Shown here: one piece after another, positions 47,801-57,141 of the stretch
Position numbering within the stretch: position 1 is the stretch's first letter
Layout: every line of letters begins with the position of its first letter
Assembly (NCBI GenBank): GCA_019241305.1
Contig: JAFAXE010000075.1
Span: 6,865 to 70,864 of the forward strand
Source: Vulcanimicrobiota bacterium
Lineage (GTDB): Bacteria; Vulcanimicrobiota; Vulcanimicrobiia; Vulcanimicrobiales; Vulcanimicrobiaceae
Length of the DNA: 64,000 nt
Direction: 5' to 3'
Notes under the pieces: model-generated
The model's input: only the letters and a program-made list of their open reading frames with translations
Databases searched by the model: none
What the model was told of the DNA's origin: nothing
Position numbers and translations under genes: made by a program

Positions 47801-49379
47801 CAACCCAATACCAGCTGGTGAACAGGACGGTGAACAGGCCGAGCAGCGGTAAAGAAAACGCGACCACGGCGCTGTTGAACCACGTCCGGCGTCCCCACAG
47901 CGCCAGCACGATGAACATGGGGAACAACACGAGGGCAAAGCGCGGCATGCTCATCAGGCTCGACGTGCACATGGGAATGATCACCGACAAGGCCATGTAG
48001 ATCCACGCCGACGGCCGCAGCGTGCGGAATCCGAGGATCAGCACCGCGAGCATGAGCGCGGTGAAACTCAGCTCGATGACCTGCCCGACGGCCACGGGCG
48101 CACTGTGGGGGTGCAGAATGATGGAGATGCTGCGGCCGACGCTCGCCCACGGCAGCGCTAAGTGGCGATTCCAGTGAATCTGCACGTGTGAGAAGTAGAG
48201 CGGATCGCCGCGCAAGAGCCACAGGACCGCCATGTAGATCGCCAAGCCGCACGGAATGAGCGTGAAGCCAAGTATGACGCGCCATAGCCGCCGCGGCGCC
48301 GCGACCGCTTCGCGCCATCCGAACGCGCGCAGGGCCTCGATCGCATACGGCACCGCTAAGAGCACTCCCTCGACGCGGGTCAAGGCGGCCAGCATCCCGA
48401 GGATTCCCGCGAGGATCCAGCGACGTTCGTTGATGTAGTAGAACGATGCCACGGTGAGGCAGAAGAACAGCGACTCCGTATAAACGGCCGAGAAGAAGAC
48501 GGCAGTCGGAAAGATCGAGACGTAGAAGATTGCGCGCAGGGCAACGTGGCGGTCGAATTGATGCTCGGTGAGCTTGTAAAAAAAGAGCAGGCCGAAAAGC
48601 AGTGCCACGTTCGAGATCAAAAGCCCGGCGATCAAGTCACTCCCGACGACACCGCCGACAATGCGGATCAACAGCGGATACAGCGGAAAGAACGCCATGT
48701 CGGTTCCGTAGTATCCTCGCGAAGCGATGTCGAGGTAGTGGACGGCGTCCCAACGACCCCACACCGCAAGAAGCGGATTCGCCGATTCGGCGACATGTTG
48801 CCCTGGTCGCTGAGCAACGATGATGGAGGCAAGTTCTGCGGTGAAGATGATCGGGATACGCGTGAGGACGAAGGTGATCGTCGTCTCCCGCACCGTTTGA
48901 TTGAAGCGCACGGCTGAGAGCAACTTCAGCACCGCCCACAGGCCAATGCCGGCTGCAAGTGGTCTTCCCATGCTGGTCGGGACGAACGGAGTGATGAGCC
49001 AAAGCGCGCTCACGATGAAGCCGGCCCAGGACCAGGCGTCGTAGCGCAATGCCGTGCGGTAAGCGACGCCGGCACGACGCGCGAAATACGCGGCGTATTG
49101 AATCCATCCGGCCAGTGCGAGCAGAGCGCCGGCGGGAAGCGTTACGGCGAGTAAACCGTCGCCGGCGCTGCGCAATGTGGCGACGTGCGTCACTGCTGCG
49201 TACCACACGAGAAAACCGATCGCGAACCCGCCCGCCGCGACGATGAGCGTGGCGCTCACGCCCGCCATGGCCATCGCATCGGTCACCCGAGACCGGTAAC
49301 GGGCCGTATATTGTGCGACGGAAACAGACACGACGGGCTGTGCTATTCCCATCGGCGTCACCGAGAACCCCCCGCCCAC
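47796..49379 (-). CDS. Polytopic membrane glycosyltransferase, PIG-V-like mannosyltransferase family
   Basis: 527 aa. WGRWDAVHYLDIASRGYYGTDMAFFPLYPLL matches the WD..Y..IA..GY / FFPLYP signature of PIG-V-type enzymes. There is an extra ~190-aa TM N-terminus. Confidence 0.7.
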   Translation of the reverse strand: MGGGFSVTPMGIAQPVVSVSVAQYTARYRSRVTDAMAMAGVSATLIVAAGGFAIGFLVWYAAVTHVATLRSAGDGLLAVTLPAGALLALAGWIQYAAYFARRAGVAYRTALRYDAWSWAGFIVSALWLITPFVPTSMGRPLAAGIGLWAVLKLLSAVRFNQTVRETTITFVLTRIPIIFTAELASIIVAQRPGQHVAESANPLLAVWGRWDAVHYLDIASRGYYGTDMAFFPLYPLLIRIVGGVVGSDLIAGLLISNVALLFGLLFFYKLTEHQFDRHVALRAIFYVSIFPTAVFFSAVYTESLFFCLTVASFYYINERRWILAGILGMLAALTRVEGVLLAVPYAIEALRAFGWREAVAAPRRLWRVILGFTLIPCGLAIYMAVLWLLRGDPLYFSHVQIHWNRHLALPWASVGRSISIILHPHSAPVAVGQVIELSFTALMLAVLILGFRTLRPSAWIYMALSVIIPMCTSSLMSMPRFALVLFPMFIVLALWGRRTWFNSAVVAFSLPLLGLFTVLFTSWYWVA

Positions 49380-49447
49380 GCGATACAGGAAGGCCGCCGC
49401 AGCGCTGCGTAGGTCGTGCGGTCACACGAGCGAGGAGGAACGACCGG

Positions 49448-50437
49448 ATGGCGACGATGATCGTGTCGCACCGCACCGGCCATACGCCGGTCGACACGCT
49501 GGACTTCGTCAAAGTGACCGAAGTCGCAGCGCTCGCTGCCTCCCGATGGATGGGCCGTGGCGAGCGGAATACCGCCGACGGCGCAGCCGTCGAAGCCATG
49601 CGCGATGCGCTGAGCGAGATGGAAATCTCGGGCCGCGTCGTCATCGGGGAGGGCGAGCGCGACGAGGCGCCGATGCTGTATATCGGCGAGGAACTGGGTC
49701 GCGGAGCCTACGAAGTCGATATCGCCGTTGATCCCGTCGAAGGGACGAATCTCGTCGCGAACGGTTTGCCCAATTCGATCGCCGTCATGGCGATCGCAGA
49801 ACGAGGCGGACTCCTGCATGCGCCGGATTCCTACATGCAAAAACTTGCGGTGGGTCCCAAAGCGGCCGCCTACGTCCACATCGACGCAAAGGTTTCCGAC
49901 AACTTGGCGGCGGTGGCCAACGCGCTCGAACGGCCAATTAACGACGTGACGGTCGTCATCTTGGACCGGCCGCGGCATAAAGATCTGATCGCTGCGGTTC
50001 GGTCCACGGGCGCGCGAATCAAACTGATCTCCGATGGCGATGTCGATGCGGCGATCGCGACCGCCGTGGAAGGGACAGGGATTCACGTCGCGATGGGGAT
50101 CGGTGGCGCACCGGAAGGCGTGCTGGCAGCGGCCGCGCTGAAGTGTCTCGGCGGAGGTTTCATGGGACGCCTGAAACCACGCAACGAAGACGAGGCGCAG
50201 CGCGCGCGTGCCATGGGGTTCGGGGACCTCGACCGCGTGCTCGGCATCGAGGATCTTGCGATGGGTGATAATATCGTCTTTGCAGCGACGGGCATTACCG
50301 ACGGCGACCTCGTCCGGGGCGTGCGCTTCTTCGGGAACAATGCTCGCACGCATTCGATCGTCATGCACTCGTTAGCGGGAACGCTCCGCTTCATCGAGAC
50401 GGTGCATCGCCTCGGAGCGCTTCCGCCACGATTGTGA
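49448..50437 (+). CDS. glpX: Class II fructose-1,6-bisphosphatase GlpX
   Basis: GAGGAGG upstream. VKVTEVAALAASRWMGRG, VIGEGERDEAPMLYIGE, DPVEGTN and GIGGAPEGV. Confidence 0.92.
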   Translation: MATMIVSHRTGHTPVDTLDFVKVTEVAALAASRWMGRGERNTADGAAVEAMRDALSEMEISGRVVIGEGERDEAPMLYIGEELGRGAYEVDIAVDPVEGTNLVANGLPNSIAVMAIAERGGLLHAPDSYMQKLAVGPKAAAYVHIDAKVSDNLAAVANALERPINDVTVVILDRPRHKDLIAAVRSTGARIKLISDGDVDAAIATAVEGTGIHVAMGIGGAPEGVLAAAALKCLGGGFMGRLKPRNEDEAQRARAMGFGDLDRVLGIEDLAMGDNIVFAATGITDGDLVRGVRFFGNNARTHSIVMHSLAGTLRFIETVHRLGALPPRL

Positions 50438-50453
50438 CCGCTTCTGTGCGAGC

Positions 50454-51860
50454 GTGAGCCAGCACACCTACGACGTCGTCGTGATCGGCGCAGGTTCGGG
50501 CGGATACGCGGCGGCGCGTACCGCGCGCGACCTCGACGCTTCGGTTGCGCTCGTCGATCACGGGCCGCTCGGTGGTCTGTGCATCTTGCGTGGTTGCATG
50601 CCATCGAAAACGCTGATCGCGTCGGGCGACGCCGCCCACGAAGTGCGTGAGTCGGACGCGCTCGGTATCCACGCCGGTGAGCCGCACATCGACTTTGCAC
50701 AGATCATGTCGCGCAAGGACGAAATCATCCGCGGCTTCGCCGACGACCGCATCGCGGCACTCGACACGTTTCCCCTCTACAGTGGGGCCGCCCGGTTTCT
50801 TTCCCGGCGGCGGATTGCGGTCGGGGACCGCGACGTCCTCGAAGCCAAGCGCTTCATCATCGCGACGGGGAGTGTCATTGCACCCTCCATCGTTCCGGGA
50901 TTGGACGAGGTCGGTTACATCGATAGCGACGCTGCCCTGACGCTGACGACGCCACCGCGCTCGCTCATCGTGCTCGGAGGAGGATACGTCGCGACGGAGC
51001 TCGGCCAGTTTTATGCCAGAATGGGCGTCGCGACGACCCTCGTTTTGCGCGCAGCGCACCTGCTCTCCAACGAAGACGATGATGTCGGTGACGCGCTCAC
51101 TCGCTATCTGCGCGAAGAAGGCTTGCGGATCGAGACGCTCGCGCTCGTCGTTCGAGCGGAACGCCGCGGCGATCGCAAGGCGATCGTCTACGCGCAGCAC
51201 GGGCACGAGCACACGGTCGAAGGCGATGAGATTTTCTATGCGCTTGGCCGCGTGCCGAACGTCATGGGACTCGAACTCGAGACGGCCGGCGTGCGCTATC
51301 ATCCGATCGAAGGCATCGAGGTCGATGCGACCTTACGCACCAGCAACCCTGAGGTCTTCGCCGTCGGCGACGTGCTCGGCGGCTATCTGCTGGTGCACGT
51401 CGCGATCGCGCAGGGTGAAATCGCTGCCCGCAACGCGGTCTGCAAAACCGGTCACGAGATCGACTACCGCCTCGTAAAGACGCATGCGGTGTTCAGCGAT
51501 CCGCAAGTCGCCGTCGTCGGCGAGACGGAGAAGGAGCTGCGCGCGCATGGGGTGCCGTACCTGGTTGCGACGTACCCGTTCGCCGATCACGGGAAAGCGA
51601 TCGCGATGAACCGGACGAAAGGCTTCGTGAAGATGATGGCGTCGGCCGGCGACGGTAAGATCCTGGGAGCAGCCGTCATCGGCCCGGACGGTTCTGACCT
51701 CATTCACGAGGTCATCGTCGCAATGAATTACGGCGCGACGGTGCACGACTTCGTCAAGATACCGCACCTGCATCCCACGCTCGCAGAGATCTGGACGTAC
51801 CCGGCCGAAGAGATCATCGTCCAGATGGGAGCCGCGAATGCCATGGCCGCCGCGGTGTGA
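50454..51860 (+). CDS. FAD-dependent pyridine nucleotide-disulfide oxidoreductase (dihydrolipoyl dehydrogenase / mercuric reductase-like)
   Basis: VVIGAGSGGYAAA, redox-active GGLCILRGCMPSK, a second Rossmann LGGGYVATE and dimerisation HLHPTLAEIW. Confidence 0.85.
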   Translation: MSQHTYDVVVIGAGSGGYAAARTARDLDASVALVDHGPLGGLCILRGCMPSKTLIASGDAAHEVRESDALGIHAGEPHIDFAQIMSRKDEIIRGFADDRIAALDTFPLYSGAARFLSRRRIAVGDRDVLEAKRFIIATGSVIAPSIVPGLDEVGYIDSDAALTLTTPPRSLIVLGGGYVATELGQFYARMGVATTLVLRAAHLLSNEDDDVGDALTRYLREEGLRIETLALVVRAERRGDRKAIVYAQHGHEHTVEGDEIFYALGRVPNVMGLELETAGVRYHPIEGIEVDATLRTSNPEVFAVGDVLGGYLLVHVAIAQGEIAARNAVCKTGHEIDYRLVKTHAVFSDPQVAVVGETEKELRAHGVPYLVATYPFADHGKAIAMNRTKGFVKMMASAGDGKILGAAVIGPDGSDLIHEVIVAMNYGATVHDFVKIPHLHPTLAEIWTYPAEEIIVQMGAANAMAAAV

Positions 51861-51878
51861 CTTCATGAGCAGCCCGCC

Positions 51879-52748
51879 GTGAAGGTTGCGATCGTCCAAG
51901 TGAAACCTCGCAAGGGCGATGTCGAAGCCAATATGCGCGCTCTGGGCGATGCCTTCGAACAACTCATCGCCGACAACGCGCCCGACCTCATCGTGCTCCC
52001 TGAAGCCGCATTAACCGGATACTTCCTCGAAGGCGCGGTCTACGATCTGTCGTTCCGCGCCGAAGAGCTTGCGGAGCGCATCGCCGGGCTCTGGCGCGAG
52101 CGCGGCGAGGCACGGCGCGCCGTCGACATCGCGCTAGGCTTTTACGAAAACGACGGCGGCACGTACTACAACGCCGCGCTGTACGTGAACGTCGAGCCTG
52201 ATGGCGAGCGCTTACTGCACGTCCATCGCAAAATGTTTCTGCCAACGTACGGCGTCTTCGACGAGGAGCGCTTTCTCTCGCGAGGGCGCAGACTCGAGGC
52301 GTTCGATACACGCTTCGGACGGATGGCGCTGCTGATTTGTGAGGATGCGTGGCACGCCATCGTACCGACGGTTGCAGCCGTCAAGGGCGCGCGTATCCTC
52401 CTCATTCCGAGCGCCTCGCCCGGTCGCGGCTTCGAGGGACCCGGCGAACTGGAAACGGTCACTCGCTGGAAGCACATGCTGCAACTGTACGCCTCGGAAC
52501 ACGGCGTCTACATCATCTATGCGGGGCTGACCGGATTCGAAGGCGGTAAGGGAATGACGGGTTCATCGAGCATCGTGGACCCGCGGGGCGAGCTGCTTGC
52601 AGTGGCACCGGTCCTTGGGCCTTGCATCGTACGCGCCGAGATCGAGCCGCGCGAAATCGACGTCGCCCGGGCCAGCCTCCCCCTGCTTGGCGATCTTCAA
52701 GCGGTCTTGCCAGACTTACTGGCCGATGTGTTCCAGGAGACGACATGA
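51879..52748 (+). CDS. Carbon-nitrogen hydrolase (nitrilase superfamily), probable glutaminase partner of NadE
   Basis: Glu-Lys-Cys triad blocks IVLPEAALTGY, HRKMFLPTYG and LLICEDAWH. ATGA-coupled to nadE. Confidence 0.85.
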   Translation: MKVAIVQVKPRKGDVEANMRALGDAFEQLIADNAPDLIVLPEAALTGYFLEGAVYDLSFRAEELAERIAGLWRERGEARRAVDIALGFYENDGGTYYNAALYVNVEPDGERLLHVHRKMFLPTYGVFDEERFLSRGRRLEAFDTRFGRMALLICEDAWHAIVPTVAAVKGARILLIPSASPGRGFEGPGELETVTRWKHMLQLYASEHGVYIIYAGLTGFEGGKGMTGSSSIVDPRGELLAVAPVLGPCIVRAEIEPREIDVARASLPLLGDLQAVLPDLLADVFQETT

Positions 52749-53593
52749 CGCTGCCTGTGCTGGAAGCCGTGCCGCAACCCGCGCCGCTCCGAATCGATGC
52801 CGCGCTGGCGGTGCGCTGGCTGGAGGCCTTTTTGCGTGACGAATTGATCGAACGGCGTGGGATCCCGCGCGCGATCGTCGGTTTGTCGGGCGGGGTCGAT
52901 TCTGCGGTGACGGCATACCTCTGTGCGCATGCGCTCGGCGCGGAAAACGTATGGGGTATACGCATGCCCTACAAAACTTCGAATCCGTCGAGCCTCACCG
53001 ACGCGCAGCTCGTCATCGATGCGCTGCAGATCCAAAGCGAAACGATCGACATCACCGCAGCGGTCGACGGGTACTTGATGCAAGAGCCGGACGCCGATGG
53101 ACGGCGCCGTGGCAACATCATGGCGCGAACGCGGATGCTCGTGCTGTTCGATCAGTCGGCAAAACTCGGAGCGCTCCCGGTCGGCACGGGAAACAAGACC
53201 GAGCGGCTTTTGGGGTATTTCACGTGGCACGCCGACGATACACCGGCGGTCAATCCGCTCGGAGATCTTTTCAAGACGCAGGTGTGGGCACTGGCGCGTG
53301 AACTCGGCGTCCCGCTATCGATCGTCGACAAGCCGCCGAGCGCCGATCTGGAAGCGAACCAAACCGACGAATCAGATCTCGGCATCACATACGCGAACGC
53401 CGACGCGATTCTCGCTTTCATGTTACTGGGTTACGATGACGATGCGATCCTCTCCCGCGGGTTCGAGCGGCGCGACATTGCGCTCGTCCGCTCGCGCGTC
53501 GATGGAACGCATTGGAAACGGCACCTTCCGACCACGGCAATGCTCTCGAATACCGCGATCAACGAGTTTTATCTGCGTCCGGTCGACTACTAA
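52745..53593 (+). CDS. nadE: NAD+ synthetase (single-domain)
   Basis: PP-loop VGLSGGVDSAV. GTGNKTERLLGYFT and NPLGDLFKTQV. Confidence 0.9.
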   Translation: MTLPVLEAVPQPAPLRIDAALAVRWLEAFLRDELIERRGIPRAIVGLSGGVDSAVTAYLCAHALGAENVWGIRMPYKTSNPSSLTDAQLVIDALQIQSETIDITAAVDGYLMQEPDADGRRRGNIMARTRMLVLFDQSAKLGALPVGTGNKTERLLGYFTWHADDTPAVNPLGDLFKTQVWALARELGVPLSIVDKPPSADLEANQTDESDLGITYANADAILAFMLLGYDDDAILSRGFERRDIALVRSRVDGTHWKRHLPTTAMLSNTAINEFYLRPVDY

Positions 53594-53606
53594 CGCGCGC
53601 CGGGCT

Positions 53607-54863
53607 GTGCTCAGCGTCGAAATCGTCACGATTGGGACGGAACTGCTCCTCGGCGACTTGGTCGACACGAACGCGTCTGCGATTGCGCGCTCGCTCTCCG
53701 ACTACGGAATCGACGTCTACGCGATTCACTCCGTTGGCGACAACCTCGCGCGCCTCGCGGCGATGCTGCGCGGCGCACTCGATCGCGCGCAGGGCGTTAT
53801 GACGTCGGGTGGACTCGGGCCGACCGTAGACGATCTCACGAAGGACGCGGTTTCAAACGTCATCGGAAAACCGCTTGTTCTCCACGAACCGTCGCTAGCG
53901 GCGATCGAGCGACGCCTGCAAGCCTTCGGCATTCGTGAGATCGGCGAAAACAATCGCCGGCAGGCCCTGCTTCCCGAAGGCGCGGTGGTTCTCGAGAATC
54001 CGAATGGAACCGCGCCGGGGTTCGTCGCGATCCGCGGTGACGGCAAATTCATCGCGTGCATGCCAGGAGTCCCGCGTGAGATGCACCCGATGCTTTCGGA
54101 GCGCCTTCTCCCGTGGCTCGCAAAGCGTTTCGAGCTCGGTGCCGCGATCTTTCGCCGCACGCTGCACCTGACGGGGACGGCCGAGTCCGAGCTCGACCGC
54201 GCCATTGAAGATCTCTTCCGCATGCAAGAAAACCCCAAAATCGCCGTCTTGGCGCACGACGGGCGTGTCGACGTCCGAATGACGGCGAAGGCCCGCAGCC
54301 GTAGCGAAGCCGACGCTCTGTTTGCGCCGCTCGAGGCCGAGTTGCGCCGGCGTATCGGTACGGCGGTTTTCGGCGTCGATGGGGAGACGTTGGAAGCGGC
54401 GATCGTCGCGCGAGCGCGCGACTTGAGGTTATGGCTAGCGACTGCGGAGTCGGTCACAGGGGGTGGCATTGCGGACGCGATCGTGCGCGTTCCCGGCGCA
54501 TCGGAATGTTTTCGCGGAGGAATTGTCGCGTACGACAACGCCGTCAAACGTGACGTTCTCGGCGTCGATCGCCGAGCGCTCGAACAGGATGGTGCCGTAA
54601 GCGAGCGAGTCGCGCTCGAGATGGCGCGTGGTACGCGAGAGCGCCTCGATGCCGACGTTGCGCTGGCGACGACCGGGATCGCGGGACCGTCTGGCGGCAG
54701 CGACAGCAAACCGGTGGGCCTCGTCTGGTTCGGCCTTTCGCACGGCGACGAGCTAGCGACTCGCAGCGCGACCTTTCCCGGAACACGGGAAGACGTGCGC
54801 CGGCGCGCGGTGAGCTTCGGTCTCAGCTGGCTATGGCGGCGGCTACACCGCGCAGAACGATGA
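53607..54863 (+). CDS. cinA: CinA-family protein (MoCF-type domain plus nicotinamide-nucleotide amidohydrolase PncC domain)
   Basis: GTG 53607 gives VLSVEIVTIGTELLLGDLVDTN. C-terminal TAESVTGGGIADAI.. and GGIVAYDNAVK. Confidence 0.9.
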   Translation: MLSVEIVTIGTELLLGDLVDTNASAIARSLSDYGIDVYAIHSVGDNLARLAAMLRGALDRAQGVMTSGGLGPTVDDLTKDAVSNVIGKPLVLHEPSLAAIERRLQAFGIREIGENNRRQALLPEGAVVLENPNGTAPGFVAIRGDGKFIACMPGVPREMHPMLSERLLPWLAKRFELGAAIFRRTLHLTGTAESELDRAIEDLFRMQENPKIAVLAHDGRVDVRMTAKARSRSEADALFAPLEAELRRRIGTAVFGVDGETLEAAIVARARDLRLWLATAESVTGGGIADAIVRVPGASECFRGGIVAYDNAVKRDVLGVDRRALEQDGAVSERVALEMARGTRERLDADVALATTGIAGPSGGSDSKPVGLVWFGLSHGDELATRSATFPGTREDVRRRAVSFGLSWLWRRLHRAER

Positions 54864-54966
54864 AAGCACGGTAAGATTGGCAGGAAACGCCCCACCGGCA
54901 GGCTACGTCCGATGGTGGTTCGTGTACCGCGTGCTACCGGTTGCTTCGTTGCAAGGAGACCCCGAC

Positions 54967-57141
54967 GTGAAACGTTCGCTATTCGTTTTCGCCTTTGTCG
55001 TATCGGGTCTCGCGCTTGCAGCGTGTGGTGGCGGCGGCAGCAGTGGCGGAGGTCCAGTCCCGCCGCCGCCGTCACCGACCGCGACTCCGGTGCTCCAACT
55101 GATGTGCAACGGCGCCATTCCGATCGATGCAACGCAGCGCAGCCCGCTGTCTCAACTTCGCCATACGCGTGCCATCTCGCAATCGACGTATACGTTTTCT
55201 TCAAACCCGAGCGGGCTACCGGTATTGATCAACGCCGTCAAGGTCGGCGCCACGAATTACAGCATGACGCCCGCTTATACCGCGTATCCGTACATCGGAA
55301 AGATCCAAGGACCAGCGAACAGCTTCAGCGTGTGCTATTCCCAGTTGATGGACGGCAACCACACCGTTTTCTATAACACGCAGTCCGATACCAGCGGTCA
55401 CCTTGGTTCGATCTCCGCTGCGGCCAGCACGCGGACGTTCGCGCGTCTGTTTGGGCCGTCGCTGGTCCGCCGCGGCGTCGCGCTTCGCCGGGAAGGCGGC
55501 GTCGACCGGACGCGGATTCAAGTGCACTTCGTCACGTCGTCGATTCGCGGCGATGCGCGCGTCGCCGCGCAAATCGAGCATAGCGAAGGCGCACCGTCGG
55601 CGTTTACGCTCGGCAAGGTCGGCAATTTCATGAACCGCATCGTGTGGATACCGCGCGGTCAGACGCCGGAGTCCTTCGCGGCGAAGTTCCGCCGCCACTC
55701 GGAAGTCGCCGACGCACGGCCGCTGCCGCTCCGGTATGCGCAAAGCGTCCCGAACGATCCATGCTTCGTCGACGGTGGATGTTATGGCTACACCCCATTC
55801 CAATGGGACTTTCAGCGCATTGATACTCCGGACGCATGGAACATCACGCATGGTCTCGCGCGGGTCGCCATCGTCGATACCGGAGCCGACCTGTCGGCGA
55901 AGGATGTCGACCTGCCGCCAAACGTGATTTACCAGGCGCGCTACGTTGGGAGTGAACCACCGGAAGGAGATAACAGCCCCGGAGCAGCTCAAGACTACGA
56001 CGGTCACGGTACCAACGTGAGCGGGATCGCCGACGCCGTTACCGACAATGGCTACGGCTTTGCCGGTGTTGCCTTTAACTCATCGCTGATCGTTTTGCGC
56101 ATCTTCCCGAAGCCGCAGCCGCCGGACTATACGAACTCTTCGAGTTACGGCGCGAGTACCGCGGACGAGGCGATGGCCGTCGACGAAGCGGTCGCCAAGG
56201 GCGCAAAAGTGATCAACCTCAGCCTCGGGAGTTGCCCGAGCCAGGGCGCACCCGATCCGACCGAGTTCGATGCCATCGAAGCCGCGATTGCGGCAGGCGT
56301 CAGCGTCGTCGCCGCCGCCGGAAACGAACGCAGCGGCCAAGGGTCATGCGGCACGTCAAACGCGATCGACTTTCCGGCCGCCTATCCCGGCGTCATCGCG
56401 GTTGGCGCGACCTCGCTCAACGGTACGAATTATCAGAGTGCGACCGAACACGTATCATCGTACTCGAACTCCGGTCCCGGTCTGTCCGTCGTCGCGCCCG
56501 GTGGCGATCCAACTGGCTCCGGTGATGAAAATGTTCTCCACTGGATTGCCAACCTGTATTCCTTTACCGTCGCCGACCCGAGCCAGCAGTGCAAACCTCT
56601 GCCGGCAACTCCGCCGCTCTGCGCGGCCTTGTTCGCCGGGACGTCGCAAGCGACACCGCACGTGACCGGGACGGTTGCGCTGATGCGCAGCGTGCATCCC
56701 AGTCTGTCGCCGGCGACGGTGAAGTCGATCCTCCAAAACACCGCCGACAACATCAACGATCCGAACCAAGGGTTCGGCCGCGTCAATAGCTACCGTGCCG
56801 TCGCGGCCGCAGCCGGGATCACGACGAACGTGCCTGGGCCCAATCCGCTAAACTTCCGCGCGATTGCGTACACCACGAACGGCGGCAACAAACCAATCAT
56901 TCTGGACGAGACGTTCCCCGCCGGCGTGCCGGTGCAGAGCGACGGTTCGTTCCGCATCGCGGACGTACCGCAGACCGCGCCACCCTTCAACATCGCGCTC
57001 TGGTACGACGCAAACGGGAATGGAATCGTCGACGCAGGTGACTATTTCGGGTCCGCCGGTCCCTGCAACGCGACGTCCCCGTGCGCTGCCGCTTCGAAGA
57101 TCAACGTGAGGCTCGTTCCCGCGGGATTCCAGCTGCGCTAA
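54967..57141 (+). CDS. S8-family (subtilisin-like) serine peptidase, probable lipoprotein
   Basis: GTG 54967 gives VKRSLFVFAFVVSGLALAACGG (lipobox). Catalytic blocks VAIVDTGAD, DGHGTNVSG and GTSQATPHVTG. A long unassigned N-terminal region and a C-terminal beta-rich domain. Confidence 0.88.
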   Translation: MKRSLFVFAFVVSGLALAACGGGGSSGGGPVPPPPSPTATPVLQLMCNGAIPIDATQRSPLSQLRHTRAISQSTYTFSSNPSGLPVLINAVKVGATNYSMTPAYTAYPYIGKIQGPANSFSVCYSQLMDGNHTVFYNTQSDTSGHLGSISAAASTRTFARLFGPSLVRRGVALRREGGVDRTRIQVHFVTSSIRGDARVAAQIEHSEGAPSAFTLGKVGNFMNRIVWIPRGQTPESFAAKFRRHSEVADARPLPLRYAQSVPNDPCFVDGGCYGYTPFQWDFQRIDTPDAWNITHGLARVAIVDTGADLSAKDVDLPPNVIYQARYVGSEPPEGDNSPGAAQDYDGHGTNVSGIADAVTDNGYGFAGVAFNSSLIVLRIFPKPQPPDYTNSSSYGASTADEAMAVDEAVAKGAKVINLSLGSCPSQGAPDPTEFDAIEAAIAAGVSVVAAAGNERSGQGSCGTSNAIDFPAAYPGVIAVGATSLNGTNYQSATEHVSSYSNSGPGLSVVAPGGDPTGSGDENVLHWIANLYSFTVADPSQQCKPLPATPPLCAALFAGTSQATPHVTGTVALMRSVHPSLSPATVKSILQNTADNINDPNQGFGRVNSYRAVAAAAGITTNVPGPNPLNFRAIAYTTNGGNKPIILDETFPAGVPVQSDGSFRIADVPQTAPPFNIALWYDANGNGIVDAGDYFGSAGPCNATSPCAAASKINVRLVPAGFQLR

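Noticed and set aside
53726-55204. 492-aa minus-strand ORF, and similar long antisense ORFs (for example 1153-2136, 10530-11441, 22343-23242, 28083-28907, 33934-34698, 48637-49644, 62867-63820)
   Set aside because: Each lies antisense to a gene with clear family motifs and has the Arg/Ser/Pro/Ala-rich composition typical of stop-poor alternative frames in GC-rich DNA.
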